Below, piece by piece: positions 1-9,011 of a stretch of 64,000 nucleotides of DNA (positions are counted from its first letter, which is position 1; each line of letters opens with the position of its first letter). The stretch is from Deltaproteobacteria bacterium. GTDB taxonomy: Bacteria > Desulfobacterota > GWC2-55-46. The stretch is taken from assembly GCA_016219075.1 (NCBI GenBank), contig JACRCJ010000286.1, forward strand, positions 27,528-91,527. Direction: 5' to 3'. Below the pieces are notes generated by a model, which worked only from the letters and a program-made list of their open reading frames with translations, had not been told where the DNA came from and did not search any database. Both the position numbers and the translations under genes were made by a program.

Positions 1-688
1 GCAGCCGGAGACGTACAAGAACAAGGTCGTCATAAAACCCTGGGGCTACGAGTTCCTGATGTTCGAGAACGACTGCGTCGCGGTCTGGTTCCTGTTCATA
101 AAGAGCGGACACTCGACCTCGATGCACTGCCACCCGAGGAAAAAGACCTCGCTAATCCTCCTTAACGGCAGCGCGATGAGCAATACGTTCCACAAGAGGC
201 GGTACCTCAAGGGAGGCGACGCGCTCATTGTTGAAAAGGGCGTCTTTCACTCGACGAAGTCGCTCTCCAGGCCGGGGATATCGCTCCTTGAGATAGAAAC
301 GCCTCCGGATAAGACGGACCTGCTGAGGCTCGAGGACAGGTACGGGAGGGAAAGGTCGGGGTACGAGGGGATATCCGAGATGCAGACGCACAACCTGAAC
401 GACTACAGCTACTTCTCTTTCGAGGAGACGGACTATCACCTTAAGCACTCGTACTCGAAAGAGCGGTTCTCGATATCGTTCGAGGTCTTCTCGAACGGGG
501 ACGAGTTCAAAAAGCACTTCAAGACAGGGGAAGGTGAGCTGTACACGGCGTGCAGGGGCAGGGTGCTCGACAAGAACGGCAGCCTCGTCCTCGATACCGG
601 AGAGACTCAGAACGCGAGCGTATTTACCGGCAACGGGCTCTTTATTTCGGGAAAGACCGTGCTCCTTAAGACGGCTACAAAGGATTAG
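1..688 (+). CDS. cupin-domain protein, 5' partial (reading frame open from window edge; ...KPWGYEFLMFENDCVAVWFLFIKSGHSTSMHCHP... two-His cupin motif)
   Basis: Frame open from base 1 and the track ORF 59..688 continues it. The G-x5-HxH-like cupin signature and beta-rich composition fit a sugar isomerase/epimerase-type cupin. Confidence 0.45.
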   Translation, partial: QPETYKNKVVIKPWGYEFLMFENDCVAVWFLFIKSGHSTSMHCHPRKKTSLILLNGSAMSNTFHKRRYLKGGDALIVEKGVFHSTKSLSRPGISLLEIETPPDKTDLLRLEDRYGRERSGYEGISEMQTHNLNDYSYFSFEETDYHLKHSYSKERFSISFEVFSNGDEFKKHFKTGEGELYTACRGRVLDKNGSLVLDTGETQNASVFTGNGLFISGKTVLLKTATKD

Positions 689-691
689 CGA

Positions 692-2254
692 ATGGCGAAA
701 AAAACCGGCCCTCTCGCTGACTGCGCGCTTGTGCTGTCCGATGGCGACAATATAGCGGTGGCCAAAACAGATATAGCGCGTTCAAGCGTCCTTGAATTTC
801 CGGGCGGCGGAGTGATTGTCCTCGAAAGGATCCCGAAGGGGCATAGGTTCGCCATCAAGGATATAAAAAAAGGCGCAATGATCGTGCAATACGGCTACCC
901 ATTCGGGAGGTCGAAGGGGATAAATAGAGGCGAGCTTATCTCAAGGGATAAGCTCGCCTCCTGGCGCAGCGATTACAGGAGGCTGGATAAAAGGCCTTTA
1001 AAGGACTTTAAAGGGCACGGCGGTAATGTAGCTCCGGATGCGGGCCTATCCAGGACTTTCATGGGCTACCTGAGGAAGGACGGCCGCGTGGGGACCCGGA
1101 ACTTCTATCTCCTTGTGCCCACTTCACTCTGCGCCGCCGACATAGCCGTGAAGCTCTCGTCTGAATTCAAGGGCGGCGCTCTGAAGGGGTACAGGAACAT
1201 AGACGGGGTCAATGCCGCCGCGCATACCGAAGGCTGCGGGTCCAATGACGGGGAGATAATAGAGCGGCTCCTCTTAACGCTGAAAAACACGATACTCCAC
1301 CCGAATGTCGGAGGCGCGCTCGTAATAGACCTCGGCTGCGAAAAGATAGGCTGCGAGGCCCTTTCCAGATACATGGGGGGCAAGCCGCGCCACGGCAAGC
1401 CCGTTGACTTCATCTCCATACAGGCGCTCGGAGGCACTGGAAAGGCCCTCAAGAAAGGGAGCGAGATAATAAGGAAAAGGCTAAAAGAGGTAAATTCCAT
1501 AAAACGAAAAGACGTGCCGGTAAGCCGTCTGGCCGCGGGCACTGAGTGCGGGGCCTCGGATACTTTCTCCGGCATTACGGCAAACCCCGTCATAGGATGG
1601 GTAGTTGACAGGTTAATTGCATCAGGAGGGTCGGCGATATTGTCCGAAACGCCTGAGATGCTCGGCGCCGAGGCCGCGCTCATCATGAGGATGCGCTCAA
1701 AGAAGACCGTCAGAAAATTCATTGACGGGCTCGATTACTATAACGGGCTGGCCAGGAGGCTTTCGGTATCAATGGAAGGGAACTTTGTAGCAGGCAACAT
1801 AAAGGGAGGGCTCCTTACTCCGGCGCTTAAGAGCCTCGGAGCGATACTCAAGGGCGGGAGCGCCCCCATTGTAGACTTCCTCGGGTACGGGGAGACGTTA
1901 AAGGAGCAGGGGCTTTCGATAATGAACGGGCCGGGCAATGACCTCGAGTCCATGACAGGCATTTCGGCGTCCGGGGCCAACATAATACTCTTCTCCACCG
2001 GCATGGGGGCGACCGAAGGCAACCTTACGTCCCCGGTCATAAAGATATCGTCCACCACCGAGCTTTTCGAGAGCATGGGCGATGACATCGATTTCGACGC
2101 CGGACGGCTGCTTGACGAAGGGGTATCAATGGACAGGCTCGGGGGCGAGCTCTTCGAGCTGATGGTAGACGTGGCCTCAGGAAAAAAAACACGCGCTGAG
2201 GTCTGGGATAAACGCTCATTCCAGATATGGAGCGCGGGAAAGCTTTCATTATAG
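692..2254 (+). CDS. UxaA/GarD-family sugar-acid dehydratase (N-terminal SAF domain plus altronate/galactarate dehydratase-like domain)
   Basis: 520 aa. The N-terminal SAF-like beta-clip is followed by GYLRKDGRVGTRNFYLLVPTSLCA, which matches the UxaA/GarD core motif GY.R.DG.VG.RN...P. Length is typical for the family. Confidence 0.65.
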   Translation: MAKKTGPLADCALVLSDGDNIAVAKTDIARSSVLEFPGGGVIVLERIPKGHRFAIKDIKKGAMIVQYGYPFGRSKGINRGELISRDKLASWRSDYRRLDKRPLKDFKGHGGNVAPDAGLSRTFMGYLRKDGRVGTRNFYLLVPTSLCAADIAVKLSSEFKGGALKGYRNIDGVNAAAHTEGCGSNDGEIIERLLLTLKNTILHPNVGGALVIDLGCEKIGCEALSRYMGGKPRHGKPVDFISIQALGGTGKALKKGSEIIRKRLKEVNSIKRKDVPVSRLAAGTECGASDTFSGITANPVIGWVVDRLIASGGSAILSETPEMLGAEAALIMRMRSKKTVRKFIDGLDYYNGLARRLSVSMEGNFVAGNIKGGLLTPALKSLGAILKGGSAPIVDFLGYGETLKEQGLSIMNGPGNDLESMTGISASGANIILFSTGMGATEGNLTSPVIKISSTTELFESMGDDIDFDAGRLLDEGVSMDRLGGELFELMVDVASGKKTRAEVWDKRSFQIWSAGKLSL

Positions 2255-2256
2255 AT

Positions 2257-2886
2257 ATGAACAGATACAGGGCTGTCTTGTTCGATTTCGACGGGGTTAT
2301 CGGGAGGACCATGGAAGATAACTTCAGGGCCTGGGAGTACGCCTTCTCGGCCTTCAACCTCGATATAAGCAAGGAGGCATACTTCCTCATCGAGGGCTTC
2401 AGCGCCAGGAAGGTCGCCGAGCACTTCCTCGGCAAAAGGGCGGAAGACAGCCTCGTAGACGACCTCGTCAGGCTCAAGGAGAAATACTATCTCGAGAACT
2501 GCAGGTTCTCTTTCTACGATGGCGTCGAGACTTTCGTGGCGAGTCTCAAGGAAAAGGAATACCTCCTCGGGCTCGTCTCGGGCGCGCACTCGAAAAGGTT
2601 GAAGCATTCCGTCGAGAAGGATTTCCTGAAGATGTTCGACGTTGTAGTGACGGCTGACAGGGTCGGCAACTGCAAACCGCACCCTGAGCCTTACCTCAAG
2701 GCGTCGAAGGCCCTTTCATGCGCCCCTTCCGAGTGCGTTGCCGTGGAGAACGCGCCCATGGGAATCGAGGCGGCCAAGAGGGCCGGGATGTACTGCGTGG
2801 CTATATGCTCGACTCTCGACGAGGCGCACCTGAGCGGAGCGGACAGGGTAGTGAATAATTTCATGGAGCTTTGCGGGATACTCTAA
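2257..2886 (+). CDS. HAD-superfamily phosphatase/hydrolase
   Basis: LFDFDGVI (HAD motif I, DxDx[TV]). ~210 aa with a Rossmann-like core and small cap. A start at the ATG at 2257 avoids overlap with the upstream stop at 2254. Confidence 0.7.
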   Translation: MNRYRAVLFDFDGVIGRTMEDNFRAWEYAFSAFNLDISKEAYFLIEGFSARKVAEHFLGKRAEDSLVDDLVRLKEKYYLENCRFSFYDGVETFVASLKEKEYLLGLVSGAHSKRLKHSVEKDFLKMFDVVVTADRVGNCKPHPEPYLKASKALSCAPSECVAVENAPMGIEAAKRAGMYCVAICSTLDEAHLSGADRVVNNFMELCGIL

Positions 2887-2919
2887 GTGCCGCGAGCCAC
2901 TAAAAGAGACGGAGGGCCG

Positions 2920-4449
2920 ATGGACAGAGGGATAGATATCGTACTCATAAACCCCGGAGACAGAAAGCAGGTCTTTCAGGAGCTTGGAAGCGAGCTCGCC
3001 GCTATCGAGCCCCCTTTCTGGGTCGCGGTCATGGCCGCGTACTTAAGGAACTGCGGCTTCGATGTGAGGGTGATAGACTCCAACGCCGAGAACATCTCAC
3101 CCGAGGAGACCGCCGAAAGGGTAAATGCGCTCGCCCCGTTGCTCGCGGCGGTCATAGTCTACGGCTCACATCCGTCGGCCTCCACCCAGAACATGACCGT
3201 AGCCGGCAGGATCTGCACCGCGCTGAAACTGCACACGGGGGCGAAGGTGGCGATTGGCGGGCTCCACCCCTCGGCGCTGCCCAAAAGGACGCTACAGGAC
3301 GAGGACGCCGACTTTGTGATAGAGGGCGAGGGACCGCACACATTAAAAGGGCTTCTGGAGGCGCTCCGCTCGGGCGGAGATTATCAGGCGGTCCCGGGGC
3401 TGTGGTACTTCGAGGAGAACGAGGTAAAGCACAACCAGAAGGCCCCGCTCATAAAGGACCTCGACACCATCCTCCCCGTGGCGGCGTGGGACCTCCTCCC
3501 GATGGAGAAATACAGGGCGCATAACTGGCACTGCTTCGACGGCATCGAGGAAAGGATGCCGTACGGGGCGATATACACGAGCCTCGGCTGCCCCTATTCG
3601 TGCGTCTTCTGCTGCATAAACGCCCCTTTCGGGAAGCCTGGCATAAGGTTCAGGAGCCCGGAGGTAGTCGTCGAAGAGATCAGGGTGCTGGTCGAGAGGT
3701 ACGGAGTAAGCAATATCAAGATCGTAGACGAGCTTTTCATACTTAACGAAAAGCATTACATGGCCATAGCCGACCTGATAATCAAGAGCGGCTACAAGCT
3801 CAATATCTGGGCCTACGCGAGGGTCGATACCATCGACTTCGATAACCTCGATACCATCAAGAGGGCCGGGATAAACTGGCTCGGCCTCGGCATCGAATCC
3901 GCGAACGCCTCCGTAAGGGACGGGGCGAACAAGCAGATGAGGAAAAACGACATCAAGGAGGTCGTGAGGAGGATACAGGGTTCCGGCATAAGGGTCGGGG
4001 CCAACTACATCTTCGGGCTGCCCGACGACACCCTTGAGACCATGCAGGAGACCCTTGATATGGCGGTGGAGCTGAATACCGAGTGGGCCAACTTCTATTG
4101 CGCTATGGCTTACCCCGGCTCGAAACTCTACGAGACCGCCGTAAGGGAGGGCTGGGAGCTGCCCGAGGAGTGGCACGGCTTTTCACAGCTCTCGTACGAG
4201 ACACACCCGCTCCCGACGGGAAAAATCGGCGCGAAAGAGGTGCTGAAGTTCAGGGACGACGCCTTCCATAAGTATTTCGAGAGCGGGCGATATCTCAAGA
4301 TGGCGGAGGAGAGGTTCGGCCCATCCGTTGTGGAGCACGTCCGTAAGATGACATCCACAAGGCTCAAAAGAAAGATGCTCGACAGCAAGGAGAGCAGGCT
4401 GAACGAATCAATGCAAAGGTTTTCCTCATACAGGTCGAAGATACTTTAA
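2920..4449 (+). CDS. B12-binding domain radical SAM protein (class B rSAM) paralog 1
   Basis: N-terminal Rossmann-like B12-binding region (DIVLINPGD...VAVMAAYLRNCGFDVRVID). Radical SAM cysteine triad YTSLGCPYSCVFCC (CxxxCxxC). GGAGGG RBS 5-10 nt upstream of the ATG at 2920. The track ORF begins at a GTG at 2887. Confidence 0.8.
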   Translation: MDRGIDIVLINPGDRKQVFQELGSELAAIEPPFWVAVMAAYLRNCGFDVRVIDSNAENISPEETAERVNALAPLLAAVIVYGSHPSASTQNMTVAGRICTALKLHTGAKVAIGGLHPSALPKRTLQDEDADFVIEGEGPHTLKGLLEALRSGGDYQAVPGLWYFEENEVKHNQKAPLIKDLDTILPVAAWDLLPMEKYRAHNWHCFDGIEERMPYGAIYTSLGCPYSCVFCCINAPFGKPGIRFRSPEVVVEEIRVLVERYGVSNIKIVDELFILNEKHYMAIADLIIKSGYKLNIWAYARVDTIDFDNLDTIKRAGINWLGLGIESANASVRDGANKQMRKNDIKEVVRRIQGSGIRVGANYIFGLPDDTLETMQETLDMAVELNTEWANFYCAMAYPGSKLYETAVREGWELPEEWHGFSQLSYETHPLPTGKIGAKEVLKFRDDAFHKYFESGRYLKMAEERFGPSVVEHVRKMTSTRLKRKMLDSKESRLNESMQRFSSYRSKIL

Positions 4450-4453
4450 AACG

Positions 4454-6181
4454 ATGGCGCGTATACTTTTGATGAACATACCTGCGGGCCCGTTCCCGTC
4501 CGATTACCCTCCGGTTGCGATATCGAGGGTCATGGAGGGCATTGACAGTTCGCTCGGCTGCGAGGCGGCTTTCCTCAACCTCGATTTCTACAGGCTTCCT
4601 TTCGAGGAGATAGCCGGGAGGATAAAGGACTTCTCCCCGGATATCATCGGGATAAGCGCGATGCTCACGCCGTCATATTCATATGTGAAAAGGCTTTCCA
4701 ACTTTATCGGGGAGAGGTTCCCGCACGTCGTGCAGGTGCTCGGCGGCCAGATGAACGTCATAGCGAACATCATACTGCTGCGCACGAAGGTCATGTTCTG
4801 CGTGATCGGAGAATCCGAGCCTGTATTCAGCTCCCTTATAAGGCTCCTGAAAGAGGACGGCTTCAGGCCCGTTGGAATGGAGCGGTACGCGCAAATAAAA
4901 GGGCTCGTCTTCCTCCGCGACAACGCCCCTTTCTTCACGGGCTACGGCACGGAGAACAAAGAGAGCGGGGTAAGGCAGTTCAACTACAGTCTGATATCGA
5001 GGTTCACCAGCCTCGAGAACTATATCCACAGGATCGACGGCCAATACTTCAAGGTGAGGCTGCCGAACAGCAGCATGGAAGACCTGATGAAGCTCTTTAG
5101 ACCGGAGAACATCGGCAAGAACCTCGCAACCGCGTTCACGAGCAAGGGGTGCGTGAACAGGTGCACCTTCTGCCACAGGTTCACCAAGGGCTACCAGGTG
5201 ATAGGCAACGACGACGTAATAAGCTACATCGAGGCCCTTAAAAAGGACCAAAACGTCGGGATGCTCCTTTTCTCTGAGGAGAACTTCGGGAACCACAAGA
5301 AGTCCACGGCCGCGCTGGTCGAATACCTGAGGACGAGCGGCATCAACTGGGCGGCCCCTGCCGTGAGGGTAAGGTCCATCAACGAGGAGATGATAAGGTC
5401 GTGGAAGGATGCCGGGTGCGTCCATGTAAACTTCGGGATAGAGTCCCTTTCGCAGAAGATACTCGACGTCATGGAGAAGAACTCCACGGTCGAGGAGAAC
5501 ATGGAGGCGATAAGGCTCTGCTACAGGTACGGGATATTCACCGTGCTCGGGCTTGTCATCGGGATGCCGGGCGAGACCGAAGAGACGATAGAGGAGACGA
5601 TCAGCAACCTCTCGGCCGTCATACCGGACGACATCTCAATCCCTTTCGAGGTCTATATCAATTTCGTGCAGGCTATCCCCGGCACGCCTGTTTACGAGTA
5701 CGCGAGAAAGGTCGGGCTTATCGGTAACTCGATAGACGAGGAGGAGAGGTATATCGAGGGCCTCTACGACATAGACGCCAACGAGATAAGGCATTACCTG
5801 AACTTCACTGATTACGGGAAAGAGGAACTCGCGTACTGGAAATATTACATCTCGATGGAGCTCGTAACGGCTTACATCAGGAAGAACGGGTTTTTCAACG
5901 TGCTCGGCCGCAAGAGGACAAGGCCTTACAGGATAGGGCTCGCCTACTCTTTGATACCAAAGGGAATAAGAAAACCGGCGCTCAAGTATGCGCTCGCCAT
6001 AAAGACATTCGGGATAGGCTCGCCGCTCAGGATATTCCATAAAAAATTGAAAAGGCTGTTCACCGGGGAATCCGCCAGGTTCAGCTTCATCGACAGGTCG
6101 TTACGAAAGATAAACCGTGAGCTGCCCGATATTCAGAGGGGCGACGACACGAGCACCGCCGTCCTGAGGGAGAGCCGCTGA
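4454..6181 (+). CDS. B12-binding domain radical SAM protein paralog 2
   Basis: N-terminal B12-binding-like domain, then FTSKGCVNRCTFCHR (CxxxCxxC). 575 aa. Separated from paralog 1 by 4 nt. Confidence 0.75.
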   Translation: MARILLMNIPAGPFPSDYPPVAISRVMEGIDSSLGCEAAFLNLDFYRLPFEEIAGRIKDFSPDIIGISAMLTPSYSYVKRLSNFIGERFPHVVQVLGGQMNVIANIILLRTKVMFCVIGESEPVFSSLIRLLKEDGFRPVGMERYAQIKGLVFLRDNAPFFTGYGTENKESGVRQFNYSLISRFTSLENYIHRIDGQYFKVRLPNSSMEDLMKLFRPENIGKNLATAFTSKGCVNRCTFCHRFTKGYQVIGNDDVISYIEALKKDQNVGMLLFSEENFGNHKKSTAALVEYLRTSGINWAAPAVRVRSINEEMIRSWKDAGCVHVNFGIESLSQKILDVMEKNSTVEENMEAIRLCYRYGIFTVLGLVIGMPGETEETIEETISNLSAVIPDDISIPFEVYINFVQAIPGTPVYEYARKVGLIGNSIDEEERYIEGLYDIDANEIRHYLNFTDYGKEELAYWKYYISMELVTAYIRKNGFFNVLGRKRTRPYRIGLAYSLIPKGIRKPALKYALAIKTFGIGSPLRIFHKKLKRLFTGESARFSFIDRSLRKINRELPDIQRGDDTSTAVLRESR

Positions 6182-7798
6182 ATGATTGTAACCGCCGGAC
6201 AGAGGCCCAAAGTCCTGCTCGTTTATCCAGGTTCAAAATCAATGGGGTTTACCTTCCCGATGGGCCTCCTTTACGTGGCCCAGGCGCTCCGGAAGATCGG
6301 CATAGAGGTGTCGATGCTCCACCTGGGCGTCGATACCATCGGCGACCTGAAGCTCGACAGGTACCTCTTCGTGGGCATAAGCATGCTGACGGGCGAGATA
6401 ATATCAAACGGGCTTGAGGTCGCAAGGATAATAAAGGGATACGACCCCGATATACCGGTTGTCATCGGGGGGGTGCACCCGTCGCTCCTTCCCGAGGAAT
6501 CGCTCGGGAACCCGCTTGTGGATATCGTCGTCGTGGGCGAGGGTGAAAAGACGGCCCAGGAACTCGCGCTCAGCCTGATGGACAACGGGGACCTTTCGGG
6601 TATAAAGGGCATCGCCTGGAAGGATAACGGAAAGGTCGTCATAAACCCCAAGCGCGAGCTCCTCGATATGGACGAGATAGAGTTCGACGTGCCCTATGAG
6701 CTTCTCGGGAGGCATTTTTACAGCTCCTCAACAATGCCGGTCCACACATCGAGGGGGTGCCCGTACAGGTGCGGTTTCTGCTATAACCCGGTGCTAAACA
6801 AAAGGCGGTACAGGTACAAGAGCGCCGAAAGGGTGATAGCCGAGATAGAGTACCTCCACGGGAAATACGGCGTCCACAACTTCAACTTCGATTACGAGGA
6901 CGAGTTCTTCGTTGACCCTAAAAGGGCTTACGAGATATTCAAGGCAGTCATAGACAAGGGGCTTAAGATCAACTGGAGCGCCTTTTGCCGGTTCAATACC
7001 TTCGACAGGGCCATAGAGCGGTTCGGAGACGATTTCACGGACGTGCTGAAAAAATCAGGTTGCTATTACCTGAGCTTCGGCGCTGAGTCCGGCTCGCAGA
7101 GGCTTCTTGACGACGTGATAGAGAAGGACATAAAGGTCGAGCAGATAGTAAGGACCATAGACAGGATGAAAAGGGCCGGGATAATGCACAGGGTCAGCTT
7201 CATATGCTGCTTCCCGACCGAGACCGAAGAGGACCTCGAGCAGACCTTCGGCTGCATGGAGCGGATTTCGAAAGGCAACCGCAAGATCGTCCTCGGGATA
7301 TTCAAGCTCGTTCCCTTGCCCTGCACGAAGATATACGACACGCTCAAGAAGGACTTCGGCTTCAAGTCGCCGTCGTCGCTCGAGGAATGGGGCCGGTACA
7401 AGATCCCGAGCGAATCCTTTGAGGACGTTACGTGGCTTCCGAAAAAATACGCCAAAAAGTGCTTCAACATAGCGCTCCTTTCGAACTACCCCTTCCATCA
7501 GGACTTCAGGTCGTACCGGGACTACAGGGACTTCGTTTTCAATATCGATTCCTCCTATGGCACGGGCTATCTCGATTATCTGATGGCAAGGTTGCAGAGG
7601 TGGCGGCTCAAAAACAGGTATTTCGGCTTCATGGCGGAGCCGGTACTGTTCAACCGGTTGATAGAGCTCAGGATGTTCCTTAAAAGGTACGTGCTAAAGA
7701 AGTACCTGCCCGCCCCGGTGTACGAGAGGCTGAAGAGGTGGTTCGGCAAGAACTCCTGGACCTTGCAGGAACATAAAGACGCGCAGGACGGGGCTTAA
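6182..7798 (+). CDS. B12-binding domain radical SAM protein paralog 3
   Basis: KVLLVYPGS... B12-binding domain. HTSRGCPYRCGFCYNP (CxxxCxxC). ATG immediately follows the stop of paralog 2 (TGAATG). Confidence 0.8.
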   Translation: MIVTAGQRPKVLLVYPGSKSMGFTFPMGLLYVAQALRKIGIEVSMLHLGVDTIGDLKLDRYLFVGISMLTGEIISNGLEVARIIKGYDPDIPVVIGGVHPSLLPEESLGNPLVDIVVVGEGEKTAQELALSLMDNGDLSGIKGIAWKDNGKVVINPKRELLDMDEIEFDVPYELLGRHFYSSSTMPVHTSRGCPYRCGFCYNPVLNKRRYRYKSAERVIAEIEYLHGKYGVHNFNFDYEDEFFVDPKRAYEIFKAVIDKGLKINWSAFCRFNTFDRAIERFGDDFTDVLKKSGCYYLSFGAESGSQRLLDDVIEKDIKVEQIVRTIDRMKRAGIMHRVSFICCFPTETEEDLEQTFGCMERISKGNRKIVLGIFKLVPLPCTKIYDTLKKDFGFKSPSSLEEWGRYKIPSESFEDVTWLPKKYAKKCFNIALLSNYPFHQDFRSYRDYRDFVFNIDSSYGTGYLDYLMARLQRWRLKNRYFGFMAEPVLFNRLIELRMFLKRYVLKKYLPAPVYERLKRWFGKNSWTLQEHKDAQDGA

Positions 7799-7799
7799 G

Positions 7800-9011
7800 A
7801 TGATAGCAGGGAAATACGCGGTGCTCTCAACACTCAAGGACGGCTTCCTTAACGACCTCGGGAACGGCTACATAAGGGAGTTCGTCAATAACGGCGCGCT
7901 CTTCATCGACTACGAGGAGGAGTACCTGAAGCGCGGCAGCAAAAGGGTGCAGGAGCACATATTCGGGTCAATAAAGGAGCGCGGGATAGAAGCGCTCATC
8001 TATCAGGCTTCCCCGAGCGATTTTCACTTCAGCCTGGATTTTTTCAGAAAGCTCCAGGACAGGGTCTATACGGTCATGATGCTCGGTGATTCGGACCACT
8101 ACTTCGACATAAGGGATATCTACTACGCGCAATGCATGGACCTCGTGGTCGTCTACGACTGTCTGTCGAGGTACAGGTTCAGGCAGTACGGGATAGACTC
8201 AATCTCCTTTTACAGCTCCTTTGACATGAAAAAATACAAAAAGGCCGGGATGAAGAAAACCATCGACGTCTCTTTCGTGGGCGACGTGGCGAACAAGATA
8301 GAAAGGCAGGGCTACCTGGATTTCCTGCGGGATAACGGGGTGTCCGTGGAGGTCTTCGGCACGGGGACGAGGAACGGGCAGATAAGCCTCGATGAGATGG
8401 TAAGGGTCTTCAACTCCTCGAAGATAAACCTCAACTTCACGAAGATATCCCTCAGGAACGCCATAAGAAAGGAGCCGCTCATAAACCTGAGGCTCCGGCA
8501 GGTGAAGGGCAGGATCATCGAGGCCGCGCTCTGCGGCGGGTTCGTCCTCACGGAGTACGTGCCGGGTATAGAGGAGGTCTTCGAACCAGGCAGGGAAATC
8601 GCCGCCTTCGACTCCAGGGAGGAGATGCTGGAGAAGACGAGGTACTTCCTCCGCCACGATAAGGAGAGGGATGAGATAGCCTTCAACGGCTTTACGAGGG
8701 CAACGAGGGACTACGACGTCGAGAAGGCCATCCCCGCGCTTATCAGCAGGATCGATGATATGAGGGGGTGGGCGAAAAAAAAGCGGGGCGAGCTCCTCAT
8801 CGACCCTGCGTTTTCAAGGAACTTCGTAACGTTCAGGGCGGAGCTGATCTCCCGCCTCATAAAGCTCAAAAGGTGGGACCTCGCGGGAGAGGAGCTCGGC
8901 CTTATCTTCAAGGGCAGGGGCATAAACCTTAAAAAAGCCGCCGGGATTCTCCTTTTCAACTTTTTCCCGGCGCTTAAGAAGATATACCTGAGGCTCAATG
9001 ACGCCGCTTGA
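7800..9011 (+). CDS. CgeB-like glycosyltransferase (Glyco_trans_1_2 / DUF3880 family) paralog A
   Basis: Blocks SFVGD...YL..L...G..V..FG.G, SKINLNFTK and EAALCGGFVLTEY are typical of the CgeB/spore-maturation-protein GT1-like family. Paralogous to 10463-11716. Confidence 0.6.
   Translation: MIAGKYAVLSTLKDGFLNDLGNGYIREFVNNGALFIDYEEEYLKRGSKRVQEHIFGSIKERGIEALIYQASPSDFHFSLDFFRKLQDRVYTVMMLGDSDHYFDIRDIYYAQCMDLVVVYDCLSRYRFRQYGIDSISFYSSFDMKKYKKAGMKKTIDVSFVGDVANKIERQGYLDFLRDNGVSVEVFGTGTRNGQISLDEMVRVFNSSKINLNFTKISLRNAIRKEPLINLRLRQVKGRIIEAALCGGFVLTEYVPGIEEVFEPGREIAAFDSREEMLEKTRYFLRHDKERDEIAFNGFTRATRDYDVEKAIPALISRIDDMRGWAKKKRGELLIDPAFSRNFVTFRAELISRLIKLKRWDLAGEELGLIFKGRGINLKKAAGILLFNFFPALKKIYLRLNDAA

Noticed and set aside
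1738-2682. Long antisense ORFs overlapping annotated genes throughout the window (for example 1738-2682 -, 3343-4176 -, 4679-5425 -, 7055-7498 -, 9348-10274 +, 20535-21404 -, 21696-22316 -, 24802-25959 -, 33025-33474 +, 38804-39886 +, 40957-41829 +, 43830-44468 +, 46793-47449 +, 47457-48296 -, 52936-53661 +, 57837-58670 +, 61611-62396 +)
   Set aside because: They lie opposite or out of frame to ORFs with clear family signatures. Their translations are Arg/Pro/Gly/Ala-rich low-complexity strings typical of shadow ORFs in high-GC DNA. None shows a recognisable motif.
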